From Christensenellaceae bacterium Phil1 (GTDB lineage: Bacteria; Bacteroidota; Bacteroidia; Bacteroidales; Bacteroidaceae): 64,000 bases of DNA. This document shows, one piece after another, positions 28,612-37,564 of the stretch. The stretch covers positions 2,432-66,431 of the forward strand of contig CAVFYC010000003.1 of assembly GCA_963626585.1 (NCBI GenBank). Reading direction: 5' to 3'. The notes beneath the pieces are model-generated. The model did not search any database. It had not been told where the DNA came from and was given only the letters and a program-made list of their open reading frames with translations. Position numbers and translations under genes: made by a program. Position 1 is the first letter of the stretch. Each line of letters opens with the position of its first letter.

Positions 28612-31600
28612 TTATTTTTCAATTTTTACATTTATGGTTATTTCTCCCAAGTTCCATTCTTCTCCTTTCACTTCCTTTTCCAACGAAATGGAGTTTGCGA
28701 GAACTTGGGCAGAGATATAGTCCGTGAATTTCTCAATTATCTTTCGCGCTTCCTCGGTATCGCCAATTGTAATGTTGATACGATCGGTGATTTCAAAGCC
28801 ACTGTCTTTTCTGAAAGTCTGGATATGTTTTACGAGTTCGCGCGCGATGCCTTCAAGACGAAGCTCCTCAGTGATTTCAAGGTCAAGAGCAACGGTAAGA
28901 TTGCCTTCGTTAGCTACGGCATATCCCGGAATATCTTCGCTCACAACCTCTACTTCATCAAGATTTACCACGGCTTCTTCTCCGGAAAGATTGAAAGTAA
29001 ATTTCCCGGCATCTTCAAGTTCGCGAATATCGTCCTGGCTCATATCTTTTACGGCGGCAGCCAAATCTTTCATCAACTTGCCGTATTTCTTTCCAAGTAT
29101 GCGGAAATTCGGCTGCACGCGTTTTTTTAGGAGACTGCCGTCTTCAACGAATTCCAGCTCTTTTACGTTCACTTCGTCCAATATAAGTTTTGCTACAGCC
29201 TCGATGCGTTCGCGCATCTCTGTCTGTGCAGCCGGAATAGTAATCTTCTGCAACGGCTGGCGCACTATAATGGATTCTTTCTTGCGGAGCGAAAGCACCA
29301 TGGAAGTAATCTTTTGTGCCATTTCCATGCGAAGTTCCAATTCCTTGTCGATTATTTCGTCATTGGCTTCGGGGAATTCCGTCAAGTGTACGCTGTCGCT
29401 GGAATCTTTGCCGGTAACTTGTGTAAGACTCTTGTACAATCTGTCGGCATAGAAAGGAGAAAGCGGAGCAATGAGCTTGGAAAGCGTAACCAGACAAGTG
29501 TATAATGTTTGATAGGCGCTCAATTTATCTTTGCTCATCGAATTTCCCCAAAAACGCTTGCGCGAAAGACGAACAAACCAGTTGGAAAGATTATCTATGG
29601 TAAAGGTTTCTATAAGTCGTCCGGCGCGAGTAGGTTCGTAGTCGTTGTATGCTTCGTCTACGGCTTTTGTCAAACTGTTGAGCTCGGAAAGAATCCAACG
29701 GTCGAGTTCCGGACGTTCGTTGTTGGGCACATCTGCTTCGGCGTAGTTGAAACCGTCTACGTTTGCGTACATAGCAAAGAAAGAATAGGTCTGATGAAGT
29801 TTCCCGAAGAACGTGCGGGATATTTCTGCAACGCCGGCTTCATCAAATTTCAGATTGTCCCAAGGAGATGAGTTCGTCATCATGTACCAACGCACGGGGT
29901 CTACGCCGTATTTATCTATAATTTTAAAAGGATCGATCGCATTTCCGAGGTGCTTGGACATTTTATTTCCGTTCTTGTCGAGGACAAGGCCGTTGCTTAC
30001 AACTGCTTTGAAAGCCACGCTATCTCGTACCATTGTGGAGATTGCGTGAAGAGTAAAGAACCAACCGCGTGTTTGGTCCACCCCTTCTGCGATGAAGTCT
30101 GCCGGATATGCGGAATTTTTTTCTATCTGCTCGCGGTTTTCGAACGGATAGTGTAGTTGCGCAAAAGGCATAGAACCGGAATCAAACCAAACATCGATAA
30201 GATCGGTTTCGCGTTTCATCGGTTTGCCGCTGGGCGAAGTAAGAATTATATTGTCTACGTAAGGACGGTGCAGGTCTATTTTATGATAGTTTTCGTCGGA
30301 ATAATCGCCGGGCACAAATCCGTTGTCTTTAAACGGGTTTGATTTCATATTTCCTGCGCTTACGCTTTTTTCTATTTCGTCATAGAGTTGCTGTATGCTT
30401 CCTATGCAGATTTCTTCGCCGCTTTCGCTTCGCCAGATAGGCAGAGGTGTTCCCCAGAAACGGGAGCGCGAAAGATTCCAGTCGTTCAGATTTTCGAGCC
30501 ATTTGCCAAAGCGTCCTGTTCCGGTGGACTGCGGTTTCCACTTGATGCTCTTGTTTAATTCGAACATGCGTTCTTTCTTTGCCGTAGAGCGGATAAACCA
30601 ACTGTCGAGCGGGTAGTAGAGAATCGGTTTGTCGGTGCGCCAGCAATGGGGATAGTTGTGAACGTGTTTTTCCATCTTGAAAGCGGTTCCGTTGGCTTTC
30701 ATTTCCATACAGATGGACACGTCGAGCGATTCGTCTTTGTCGGTAAGTGTGTCGTCGTACGCATTTTTTACGTAGCGTCCCGCGTAGTTTTTGTACAAAT
30801 CCACGTTCACGTATTTCTGTACAAACTCTTCGTCGAGTTCTTCGATGGGATAGAATCTTCCTTTCAAGTCGACCATCGGGCGTTTGTTGCCGTTTTTGTC
30901 AACCAGCATAAGTGCGGGAACGCCGGCTTTCTTTGCTACGAAAGCATCGTCGGCGCCGAAAGTTGGTGCGATGTGCACGATTCCCGTACCGTCTTCTGTG
31001 GTAACATAGTCGCCAAGGATTACGCGGAATGCGCCTTCGCCCGGATTTACGTATTGGAAGAGTTGCTCATATTTGAGCCCTTCGAGTTCTGAGCCTTTGA
31101 ATTTTTCTACGATACGGTACGGCAGAATTTTGTCGCCCTTTTCGAATTTGTCCATCGGCAGTTCTGCGCCGGCGGGATTGAAATATGCGTTGAACCTTTC
31201 TTCTGCAATTACTACCGAGATGGGTTGCGCGGTGTACGGATTATAGGTGTTGACTAAAAGATAATCGAATTTTGGGCCTACGCAAAGCGCTGTATTTGAC
31301 GGCAAAGTCCATGGAGTAGTGGTCCAAGCCATGAAATAGCTATCGCCCCATTGGGTAGCGAATTTTCCTGTTGGGGAAACCATTTTGAACATAGCTGTTA
31401 CCGTAAGGTCTTTCACGTCTCGATAACACCCTGGCATGTTGAGCTCGTGCGAACTAAGTCCGGTGCCGGCTGCGGGGGAATAGGGCTGAATGGTGTAGCC
31501 TTTGTAGATAAGTCCTTGTGAATAGAGATTGTTCAAAAGCCACCATACGGATTCTATATAATAGTTCTCATAGGTGATATAAGGTCGCTTCATATCCACC

Positions 31601-32028
31601 CAATATCCCATGAGACGGCTAAGGTTTTCCCATTCTGCTGTGAATTTCATCACATTGCTTCTGCAATGCGCGTTGTATTCTTCAATCGATACGGTTTTCC
31701 CGATATCGTCTTTTGTGATGCCCATTTCTTTTTCCACGCCGAGTTCCACGGGAAGTCCGTGGGTGTCCCAGCCTGCTTTGCGCGGAACGCAAAAGCCTTT
31801 CATCGTTTTGTAACGACAAATGGTATCTTTTATGGTTCTTGCCAATACGTGGTGAATGCCCGGGTGTCCGTTTGCTGAAGGAGGTCCTTCATAGAATGTG
31901 AAATGCGGGTGTCCCTCGTGTTCTTTCACACTGCGTTCTGCGGCATGGTTGTCGTCCCATTCGCCAAGCACTTCCTTATTTATCTCTGATAGGTTGAAAT
32001 CAGAATGTTCTTCGAATTTCTTCTGCAT
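28612..32028 (-). CDS. ileS: Isoleucyl-tRNA synthetase
   Basis: HIGH-type motif PSANGHPGIHHV and KMSKHLGN. ATG 32028 (MQKKFEEH..) is preferred over the ORF-track start at 32091 because a -7 box lies at 32056-32063. Confidence 0.95.
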   Translation of the reverse strand: MQKKFEEHSDFNLSEINKEVLGEWDDNHAAERSVKEHEGHPHFTFYEGPPSANGHPGIHHVLARTIKDTICRYKTMKGFCVPRKAGWDTHGLPVELGVEKEMGITKDDIGKTVSIEEYNAHCRSNVMKFTAEWENLSRLMGYWVDMKRPYITYENYYIESVWWLLNNLYSQGLIYKGYTIQPYSPAAGTGLSSHELNMPGCYRDVKDLTVTAMFKMVSPTGKFATQWGDSYFMAWTTTPWTLPSNTALCVGPKFDYLLVNTYNPYTAQPISVVIAEERFNAYFNPAGAELPMDKFEKGDKILPYRIVEKFKGSELEGLKYEQLFQYVNPGEGAFRVILGDYVTTEDGTGIVHIAPTFGADDAFVAKKAGVPALMLVDKNGNKRPMVDLKGRFYPIEELDEEFVQKYVNVDLYKNYAGRYVKNAYDDTLTDKDESLDVSICMEMKANGTAFKMEKHVHNYPHCWRTDKPILYYPLDSWFIRSTAKKERMFELNKSIKWKPQSTGTGRFGKWLENLNDWNLSRSRFWGTPLPIWRSESGEEICIGSIQQLYDEIEKSVSAGNMKSNPFKDNGFVPGDYSDENYHKIDLHRPYVDNIILTSPSGKPMKRETDLIDVWFDSGSMPFAQLHYPFENREQIEKNSAYPADFIAEGVDQTRGWFFTLHAISTMVRDSVAFKAVVSNGLVLDKNGNKMSKHLGNAIDPFKIIDKYGVDPVRWYMMTNSSPWDNLKFDEAGVAEISRTFFGKLHQTYSFFAMYANVDGFNYAEADVPNNERPELDRWILSELNSLTKAVDEAYNDYEPTRAGRLIETFTIDNLSNWFVRLSRKRFWGNSMSKDKLSAYQTLYTCLVTLSKLIAPLSPFYADRLYKSLTQVTGKDSSDSVHLTEFPEANDEIIDKELELRMEMAQKITSMVLSLRKKESIIVRQPLQKITIPAAQTEMRERIEAVAKLILDEVNVKELEFVEDGSLLKKRVQPNFRILGKKYGKLMKDLAAAVKDMSQDDIRELEDAGKFTFNLSGEEAVVNLDEVEVVSEDIPGYAVANEGNLTVALDLEITEELRLEGIARELVKHIQTFRKDSGFEITDRINITIGDTEEARKIIEKFTDYISAQVLANSISLEKEVKGEEWNLGEITINVKIEK

Positions 32029-32055
32029 TATTGTTCTGTAATTACTAAACGCCTG

Positions 32056-32063
32056 CAAATTTA
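32056..32063 (-). promoter_or_regulatory. -7 box TAAATTTG (minus strand) upstream of ileS
   Basis: The plus strand reads CAAATTTA, 28 nt upstream of ATG 32028. Confidence 0.55.
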
Positions 32064-32195
32064 GTTCAACGCATACAAACCGCAAAATCATTGACTTGAA
32101 AATTTACAATTTATACGTGTAACGGGCAAATCTATTGCCATTTTGCTACAATGGGGTATCGTTGTCGTGGGGCTGAATAAGAAGCCTTTAAAAGC

Positions 32196-32291
32196 AGATG
32201 CGTTGTCGTAAAAACTCCGGGCCATGTAATTTAAATTAGATGCGTCGGAATTTAAATTAGGTCTGATATCGTTTTAAAACATGTCTGACCT
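32196..32291 (-). repeat. Mosaic palindromic intergenic repeat, copy E
   Basis: AGATGCGTTGT|CGTAAAAACT|CCGGGCCATGT|AATTTAAATT|AGATGCGTCGG|AATTTAAATT|AGGTCTGATAT|CGTTTTAAAAC|ATGTCTGACCT. Words start at 32196, 32217, 32238, 32259 and 32281. It lies in the divergent ileS/regulator gap. Confidence 0.88.
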
Positions 32292-32325
32292 CGTAGGAAA
32301 GCCCAACCGCTACATATTTTTTTTG

Positions 32326-32333
32326 TACTTTTG
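32326..32333 (+). promoter_or_regulatory. -7 box TACTTTTG upstream of the sigma-54 activator gene
   Basis: TAnnTTTG match, 19 nt before ATG 32352. It overlaps the ORF-track TTG start at 32331, which I therefore reject. Confidence 0.55.
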
Positions 32334-32351
32334 AAGGCTGAAAGTTTAGCT

Positions 32352-33584
32352 ATGGATTCAGAAAAACTACAAAAGATAAAGTTGCGCTACGGCATCGTGG
32401 GAAATTACGAAGGGCTCAACCGCGCGCTTGATATAGCCTTGCAGGTGGCAATGACCGATTTGTCGGTGCTTATAACGGGTGAAAATGGTGTGGGAAAGGA
32501 AGTTTTCCCGCGGATAATCCATGACAACAGTTCCAGAAAGACTAAGAAATATTTTGCGGTGAACTGTGGCTCAATCCCCGAGGGTACTATCGACAGCGAA
32601 TTGTTCGGACACGAAAAAGGAGCCTTTACCGGCGCGGTGAGCGAGCGTGAAGGGTATTTTGGAGTGGCCAACGGCGGAACGTTGTTTCTTGACGAAGTGG
32701 GGGAGTTGCCTCTCTCCACTCAGGCGCGCCTGCTCCGTGTGCTTGAAACAGGCGAATATATCCGCGTAGGCTCAAGCGAGGTGCGCAAAACCGATGTGAG
32801 AATCGTGGCGGCAACCAATGTGGATATTCCGCAGGCTATCGAAAGCGGCAGATTTCGCCAGGATTTGTATTATCGCCTCAACACAATTCCCATTAACATT
32901 CCTCCTTTGCGCGAGCGCGGCAATGATATTTACCAACTGTTCCGGAAATTCGCCCTTGAAATGAGCGAGAAATATAATATGCCTGCAATTCGTCTCACCG
33001 ACGATGCACAGCAGATTTTGCAGAGCTATTCGTGGCCGGGAAACATTCGCCAGTTGAAGAATGTTACCGAAAATATGTCGGTAACCTCGGAAACGAGAGA
33101 AATAAACGGCGATGTGGTGAAACATTACATTCCGCAGGAAAGAACCAGCGGACAACTTGTGCCCGTGGCGGAACAGGGACGCTCGCAGTCTTTTGAAAAT
33201 GAGCGCGAGATACTGTACAAGATTCTTTTTGACCTGCGGCGCGACGTGGGAGACCTGAAGGCAATCGTAAATAAACTGCAGGCCGAAAAGGAAGATGCGT
33301 CGCAAAAATCCGTGAGATACGTAACATCGGAGGGAAATACTATTTCAGAAAGTTTTCCGGCTTCTTCAGTGGTGGAATATCCGCAACGAAAAGACGAATA
33401 TGTGGAGGAACTCAAGGAACCGGCCATAGAGGTTTCAAAAGACGTAACTCTCGAAAGTTTTGAACGCGAAGCAATAAAACGAGCTCTGATACGCCATGCA
33501 GGAAAACGGAAAGAGGCTGCAAAGGAATTGGGTATATCCGAACGTACACTGTATCGCAAAATAAAGGAATATGGACTTGAATAA
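32352..33584 (+). CDS. Sigma-54-dependent Fis-family transcriptional activator (AAA+ and HTH domains, no receiver domain)
   Basis: GENGVGKEVF (Walker A), ELFGHEKGAFTGA (GAFTGA), LFLDEVGEL, and C-terminal HTH ..AAKELGISERTLYRKIKEYGL. Confidence 0.92.
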   Translation: MDSEKLQKIKLRYGIVGNYEGLNRALDIALQVAMTDLSVLITGENGVGKEVFPRIIHDNSSRKTKKYFAVNCGSIPEGTIDSELFGHEKGAFTGAVSEREGYFGVANGGTLFLDEVGELPLSTQARLLRVLETGEYIRVGSSEVRKTDVRIVAATNVDIPQAIESGRFRQDLYYRLNTIPINIPPLRERGNDIYQLFRKFALEMSEKYNMPAIRLTDDAQQILQSYSWPGNIRQLKNVTENMSVTSETREINGDVVKHYIPQERTSGQLVPVAEQGRSQSFENEREILYKILFDLRRDVGDLKAIVNKLQAEKEDASQKSVRYVTSEGNTISESFPASSVVEYPQRKDEYVEELKEPAIEVSKDVTLESFEREAIKRALIRHAGKRKEAAKELGISERTLYRKIKEYGLE

Positions 33585-34092
33585 ACGAAAACTATATAGC
33601 GTAGCGGTTTTTGCGCTTGTGGCTTTGCTCACAGCGTGCAGCGTGCAGTATAAATTCAACGGCGCGTCGATAAACTACGACCAGATAAAAACGATACAGA
33701 TAGCCGATTTCCCGTTGCGCACCGCCCTTGTTTGGGCGCCCATGCGCTCGATGTTCAACAACCAGCTGCAAGATATTTATGCCAATCAAACGCGGCTCCG
33801 GCAGGTGAAACGTAAAGGCGATTTGCAGTTGAGCGGAGAAATTGTGGGCTATGAACAATTCAATAAGTCGATATCTGCCGAAGGATATGCGTCGCAGGTT
33901 CAATTAAGAATGACTGTAAACGTAAGGTTTACCAATACAAAAAATCATTCGCAAGACTTTGAACGCCGCTTCACGGCTACCAGCGAGTACAACTCCTCGC
34001 TGTCGCTGAATTCGGTGCAGGAAGATTTGGTGAATCAGATGGTAAAAGATTTGGCAGACCAGATATTCAATGCCACAGTAGCTAATTGGTGA
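33571..34092 (+). CDS. lptE: LptE-family lipoprotein (tentative)
   Basis: Lipobox LLTAC. About 170 aa, in the conserved position between the sigma-54 activator and secG in Bacteroidetes. It overlaps the upstream gene by 14 nt. Confidence 0.6.
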   Translation: MDLNKRKLYSVAVFALVALLTACSVQYKFNGASINYDQIKTIQIADFPLRTALVWAPMRSMFNNQLQDIYANQTRLRQVKRKGDLQLSGEIVGYEQFNKSISAEGYASQVQLRMTVNVRFTNTKNHSQDFERRFTATSEYNSSLSLNSVQEDLVNQMVKDLADQIFNATVANW

Positions 34093-34844
34093 TGGAAGAT
34101 ACGAGTATGATTACAGCAGAAGCGACGGCGAAAAAGCCCGTAAAGACTTTGTTTGAATTGCAGGCCGAGGTGGAACGCTATCCTTTCGACCAAGCAAGCC
34201 GATTGTCGTTGCTGGAAAGATTGTTCGCCACACAAAACGAAAATTTCGGCGCAGAATTGAAAAAAGCCGCGCTGTTCGTCCCCGACAGAAAGGTTCTTTT
34301 CTATATGATAGAGGGAGACAAATATCGTCTTGTGCCGGAAAAAACAAAACAGAAAGCATACGCTCCGGAACCAACGGCATCTGAAAATAACTCAGAAGAC
34401 CGTACGGCAACTTTGATAGATAGTTTTCTTGAAAAGAACCCCGACAATCAGCCCAAGCGCAGGTTGACTTTGACCGATGCCGCAAGTGATTACGCTGCAT
34501 ACCTGGAACAGCAGGAAGAGGGAACCTTGCAAACGCCCACGATTTCAGATGCAGTGGAAAAGACACCGCAAACGTCTGCAAAGAAAACCGTTGGAGAAAT
34601 AAAGAAACCAGAAATCCCTTTGCCGGAACCCGAGGAAAATCCGCAGCCAACGGCAAAAAACGAAAGCGGAAGCAAATATTTCACCGAAACTTTGGCGAAA
34701 ATTTATATAAAACAAGGGAAATATGAGGAGGCTGTCGAAATAATGCGTAAGCTTAGTGCTGATAATCCGAAAAAAAGTTGTTACTTTGCAGACCAAATTA
34801 GATTTCTCGAAAAAGTAGTAATAAATAGTAAAAGCAAGAAATAA
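34092..34844 (+). CDS. Hypothetical protein with a C-terminal TPR-like helix pair
   Basis: The start overlaps the lptE stop (TGATG). Low-complexity middle; C-terminus ..LAKIYIKQGKYEEAVEIMRKLSADNP. Confidence 0.55.
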   Translation: MEDTSMITAEATAKKPVKTLFELQAEVERYPFDQASRLSLLERLFATQNENFGAELKKAALFVPDRKVLFYMIEGDKYRLVPEKTKQKAYAPEPTASENNSEDRTATLIDSFLEKNPDNQPKRRLTLTDAASDYAAYLEQQEEGTLQTPTISDAVEKTPQTSAKKTVGEIKKPEIPLPEPEENPQPTAKNESGSKYFTETLAKIYIKQGKYEEAVEIMRKLSADNPKKSCYFADQIRFLEKVVINSKSKK

Positions 34845-35206
34845 TGTATTCAGTATTAGTTATCCTGATGGTTGTTGTATCGATTCTTATGTGTTTTATA
34901 GTAATCATTCAAGAATCAAAAGGCGGCGGTTTGGCTTCCGGATTTGCTTCTTCAAATCAAATTATGGGCGTTCGTAAAACCACAGACTTCATTGAAAAAG
35001 CTACATGGACTTTGGCAATAGCAATTGTAGTGTTGAGCGTTGCGTCTGCATACTTTGTTCCTTCGGCGGCAGACCAGAAAAGTGTTGTGCTGAAAGAGAA
35101 AGCAATGCCTACAATGCCTATGCAGCAACAGCAGAACCAACTTCCGGCAGCCGGTGCGCAACAAGGTGCAAACACCACCGCTCCTGCAGCTCCCGCTAAC
35201 AAATAA
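34844..35206 (+). CDS. secG: Preprotein translocase subunit SecG
   Basis: ..IIQESKGGGLASGFASS.. motif, two TM helices and a Q/A/P-rich tail. The start overlaps the upstream stop (TAATG). Confidence 0.85.
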   Translation: MYSVLVILMVVVSILMCFIVIIQESKGGGLASGFASSNQIMGVRKTTDFIEKATWTLAIAIVVLSVASAYFVPSAADQKSVVLKEKAMPTMPMQQQQNQLPAAGAQQGANTTAPAAPANK

Positions 35207-35289
35207 GTTCAGTTGAAGATATAATCATGGATTGATTGTCATCGTTCAAAATGGCAATCTTTCTGTGTTTTAAAACAAATAGATAGGAT

Positions 35290-36633
35290 ATGAATATCGC
35301 GATAGTAGGAACAGGGTATGTGGGATTGGTTTCCGGTACATGCTTTGCCGAAATGGGAATCGACGTAACCTGTGTTGATGTGAACGAAGAGAAGGTTAGG
35401 CGTTTGAATAATGGAGAGACTATTATTTATGAGCCGGGCCTTGATGAAATGGTGGAGCGTAATTACAAAGCCGGGCGTTTGCATTTCACAACCAAACTTA
35501 CAGATTGTCTTGATTCGGTAAGTGTTGTATTCAGTGCGGTAGGAACTCCTCCCGACGAGGACGGGTCTGCAGATTTGAGCTATGTGCTTGAGGTTGCAAA
35601 GGAGATAGGGCAGAACATGAACCATTATATTGTGGTTGTTACCAAGAGCACGGTTCCCGTAGGTACGGCAAAAAAGGTAAAGCAAGTGATTTCGGCCGAA
35701 CTGGAAAAGCGCGGGAAAAACATAGAGTTCGATGTAGCGAGCAATCCGGAGTTCCTAAAAGAGGGTTGCGCCGTTACCGATTTTATGAAGCCCGACAGAG
35801 TTGTGATCGGGGTCGATTCTGATCGCGCCAAAGACATACTTTCGTCGCTATACCGTCCGTTTATGTTAAGCAAAGATCGGTTTATAATCACCGACATTCC
35901 GTCTGCCGAAATGATTAAATACGCCGCAAATTCAATGCTTGCCACACGTATTTCGTTTATGAACGACATTGCGAATCTTTGCGAGATAGTTGGGGCGGAC
36001 GTTAGCTCGGTTAGAAGGGGCATAGGTGCCGATTCGCGAATCGGAAGCCGCTTTTTGTATCCCGGTTGTGGCTATGGCGGTTCTTGTTTTCCTAAGGACG
36101 TTAAAGCTCTTGTGCATACAGCAAAAAATGCAGGCTATGAAATGCAGGTACTGAATGCTGTGGAGAGTGTCAACAAGAAACAAAAGGAAGTTGTTTTCGC
36201 AAAACTTAATGCTTACTACGGCAATGATTTGCGCGGAAAGCGTATTGCGATTTGGGGACTTGCGTTTAAGCCCGAAACAGATGACATGCGCGAGGCCACT
36301 TCACTTGTTACCATTGATTTGTTAAGAAAAGCCGGCTGCGAGGTTGTGGTTTACGATCCTATAGCAATGGACGAATGTCGCCGCAGAATAGGAGATGCCG
36401 TGATTTATGCCGATGACATGTATTCTGCCTTGCACGATGCCGATGCGCTGTTGCTTCTCACCGAATGGAAACAGTTCCGTATTCCTGATTGGCAGAAAGT
36501 AAAACAGGAATTGTCGCATAGCGTTATCGTTGACGGACGAGATATTTACGAAATTGCCGACATGAAACGTTGGGAACTTGATTATATTTCCATAGGAAGA
36601 GCTAACTTCTTGTTTGCTACTGACAAAAAATAA
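35290..36633 (+). CDS. ugd: UDP-glucose 6-dehydrogenase
   Basis: MNIAIVGTGYVGLVSGTCFAEMG Rossmann N-terminus; ..YGGSCFPKDV.. catalytic Cys. Confidence 0.93.
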   Translation: MNIAIVGTGYVGLVSGTCFAEMGIDVTCVDVNEEKVRRLNNGETIIYEPGLDEMVERNYKAGRLHFTTKLTDCLDSVSVVFSAVGTPPDEDGSADLSYVLEVAKEIGQNMNHYIVVVTKSTVPVGTAKKVKQVISAELEKRGKNIEFDVASNPEFLKEGCAVTDFMKPDRVVIGVDSDRAKDILSSLYRPFMLSKDRFIITDIPSAEMIKYAANSMLATRISFMNDIANLCEIVGADVSSVRRGIGADSRIGSRFLYPGCGYGGSCFPKDVKALVHTAKNAGYEMQVLNAVESVNKKQKEVVFAKLNAYYGNDLRGKRIAIWGLAFKPETDDMREATSLVTIDLLRKAGCEVVVYDPIAMDECRRRIGDAVIYADDMYSALHDADALLLLTEWKQFRIPDWQKVKQELSHSVIVDGRDIYEIADMKRWELDYISIGRANFLFATDKK

Positions 36634-36678
36634 AGGAAATCAGGTCTTAAACAAAGGGTTTCTGATAACGGAAAAATA

Positions 36679-36780
36679 CTATCGGACATCGTTTTTACGA
36701 TGTCCGATAGTGTTTAAATTATGTCTGACATCGTTTAAATTATGTCAGACATAGTTTTTGTGATATCAAATGTAGTTTTC
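36679..36780 (+). repeat. Mosaic palindromic intergenic repeat, copy F (variant vocabulary)
   Basis: CTATCGGACAT|CGTTTTTACG|ATGTCCGATAG|TGTTTAAATT|ATGTCTGACAT|CGTTTAAATT|ATGTCAGACAT|AGTTTTTGTG|ATATCAAATGT. Words start at 36679, 36700, 36721, 36742 and 36763. Positions 36678-36711 form a perfect 14-bp stem. Confidence 0.8.
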
Positions 36781-36810
36781 TGCAATAGGCAGATTGCTTT
36801 TTTCTTCGCA

Positions 36811-37554
36811 TTAATATTTTAGAAAACCTTGCTTTTTGAGCGTCTCCAAAAGGGTTTTCGACATTGCTTCATTGTCTTTTTTCGTATAGCGAATGTCGGT
36901 AAAAATTTGGGCAAGGGTCTCTTTTGAATTAATCTTTACAAACTCCAAATTCTCAGGCAATGATTCCTTGTTATTATAGTATTTGTCTATATCTTGCGGG
37001 GTGTAGTCGCAATAGGTCTCGCTGTGCATAATCGCGTCTACCGGCAGACGGTCGCTCATCTCTGGTGTCTCGTCTGGATAGCCTATTGTCAGCGTGGCTA
37101 CGGGGAATGTAAGTTTTGGCAGTTTCAGTATGTCGATTATTTTGTCGGGTTGATAAATTGTCGTGCCAAGGAAACAAACGCCTAAGCCTGCGTTTTCGCA
37201 AAGAATAGAGAAGGTTTGGGTGAAAAGCAAGGCGTCGGTGGCGGCATTCAAAAAGGACAGTTCGTTGTCGTAACCGGGAACGGCTTTGCGTTGTCCGCAC
37301 CATTTCACCGTGCGGTTGAAGTCGGCGCAAATTGTTACCACGGCCTGGGCTGCCATAACCATTGGCTGGTTGAAATGCATGGGAGACAATTGTTTTTTTA
37401 TCTCTTCTGAACGCGACACTACGGCACTATAGAGTTGCATGTTCCCCATTGTTTGCGTACGTTCTGCCTCTTCAAGCAGATTCTTTATGAGTTCGTCGCT
37501 GAGATGTTGGGAGGAGTATTTTCTGATACTCTTGTGATTCTTTATTGTGTCCAT
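36811..37554 (-). CDS. Nitroreductase-family NAD(P)H oxidoreductase
   Basis: ..NHKSIRKYS.., ..GNMQLYS.. nitroreductase-fold motifs; 247 aa. Confidence 0.8.
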   Translation of the reverse strand: MDTIKNHKSIRKYSSQHLSDELIKNLLEEAERTQTMGNMQLYSAVVSRSEEIKKQLSPMHFNQPMVMAAQAVVTICADFNRTVKWCGQRKAVPGYDNELSFLNAATDALLFTQTFSILCENAGLGVCFLGTTIYQPDKIIDILKLPKLTFPVATLTIGYPDETPEMSDRLPVDAIMHSETYCDYTPQDIDKYYNNKESLPENLEFVKINSKETLAQIFTDIRYTKKDNEAMSKTLLETLKKQGFLKY

Positions 37555-37564
37555 AATTAATAGT

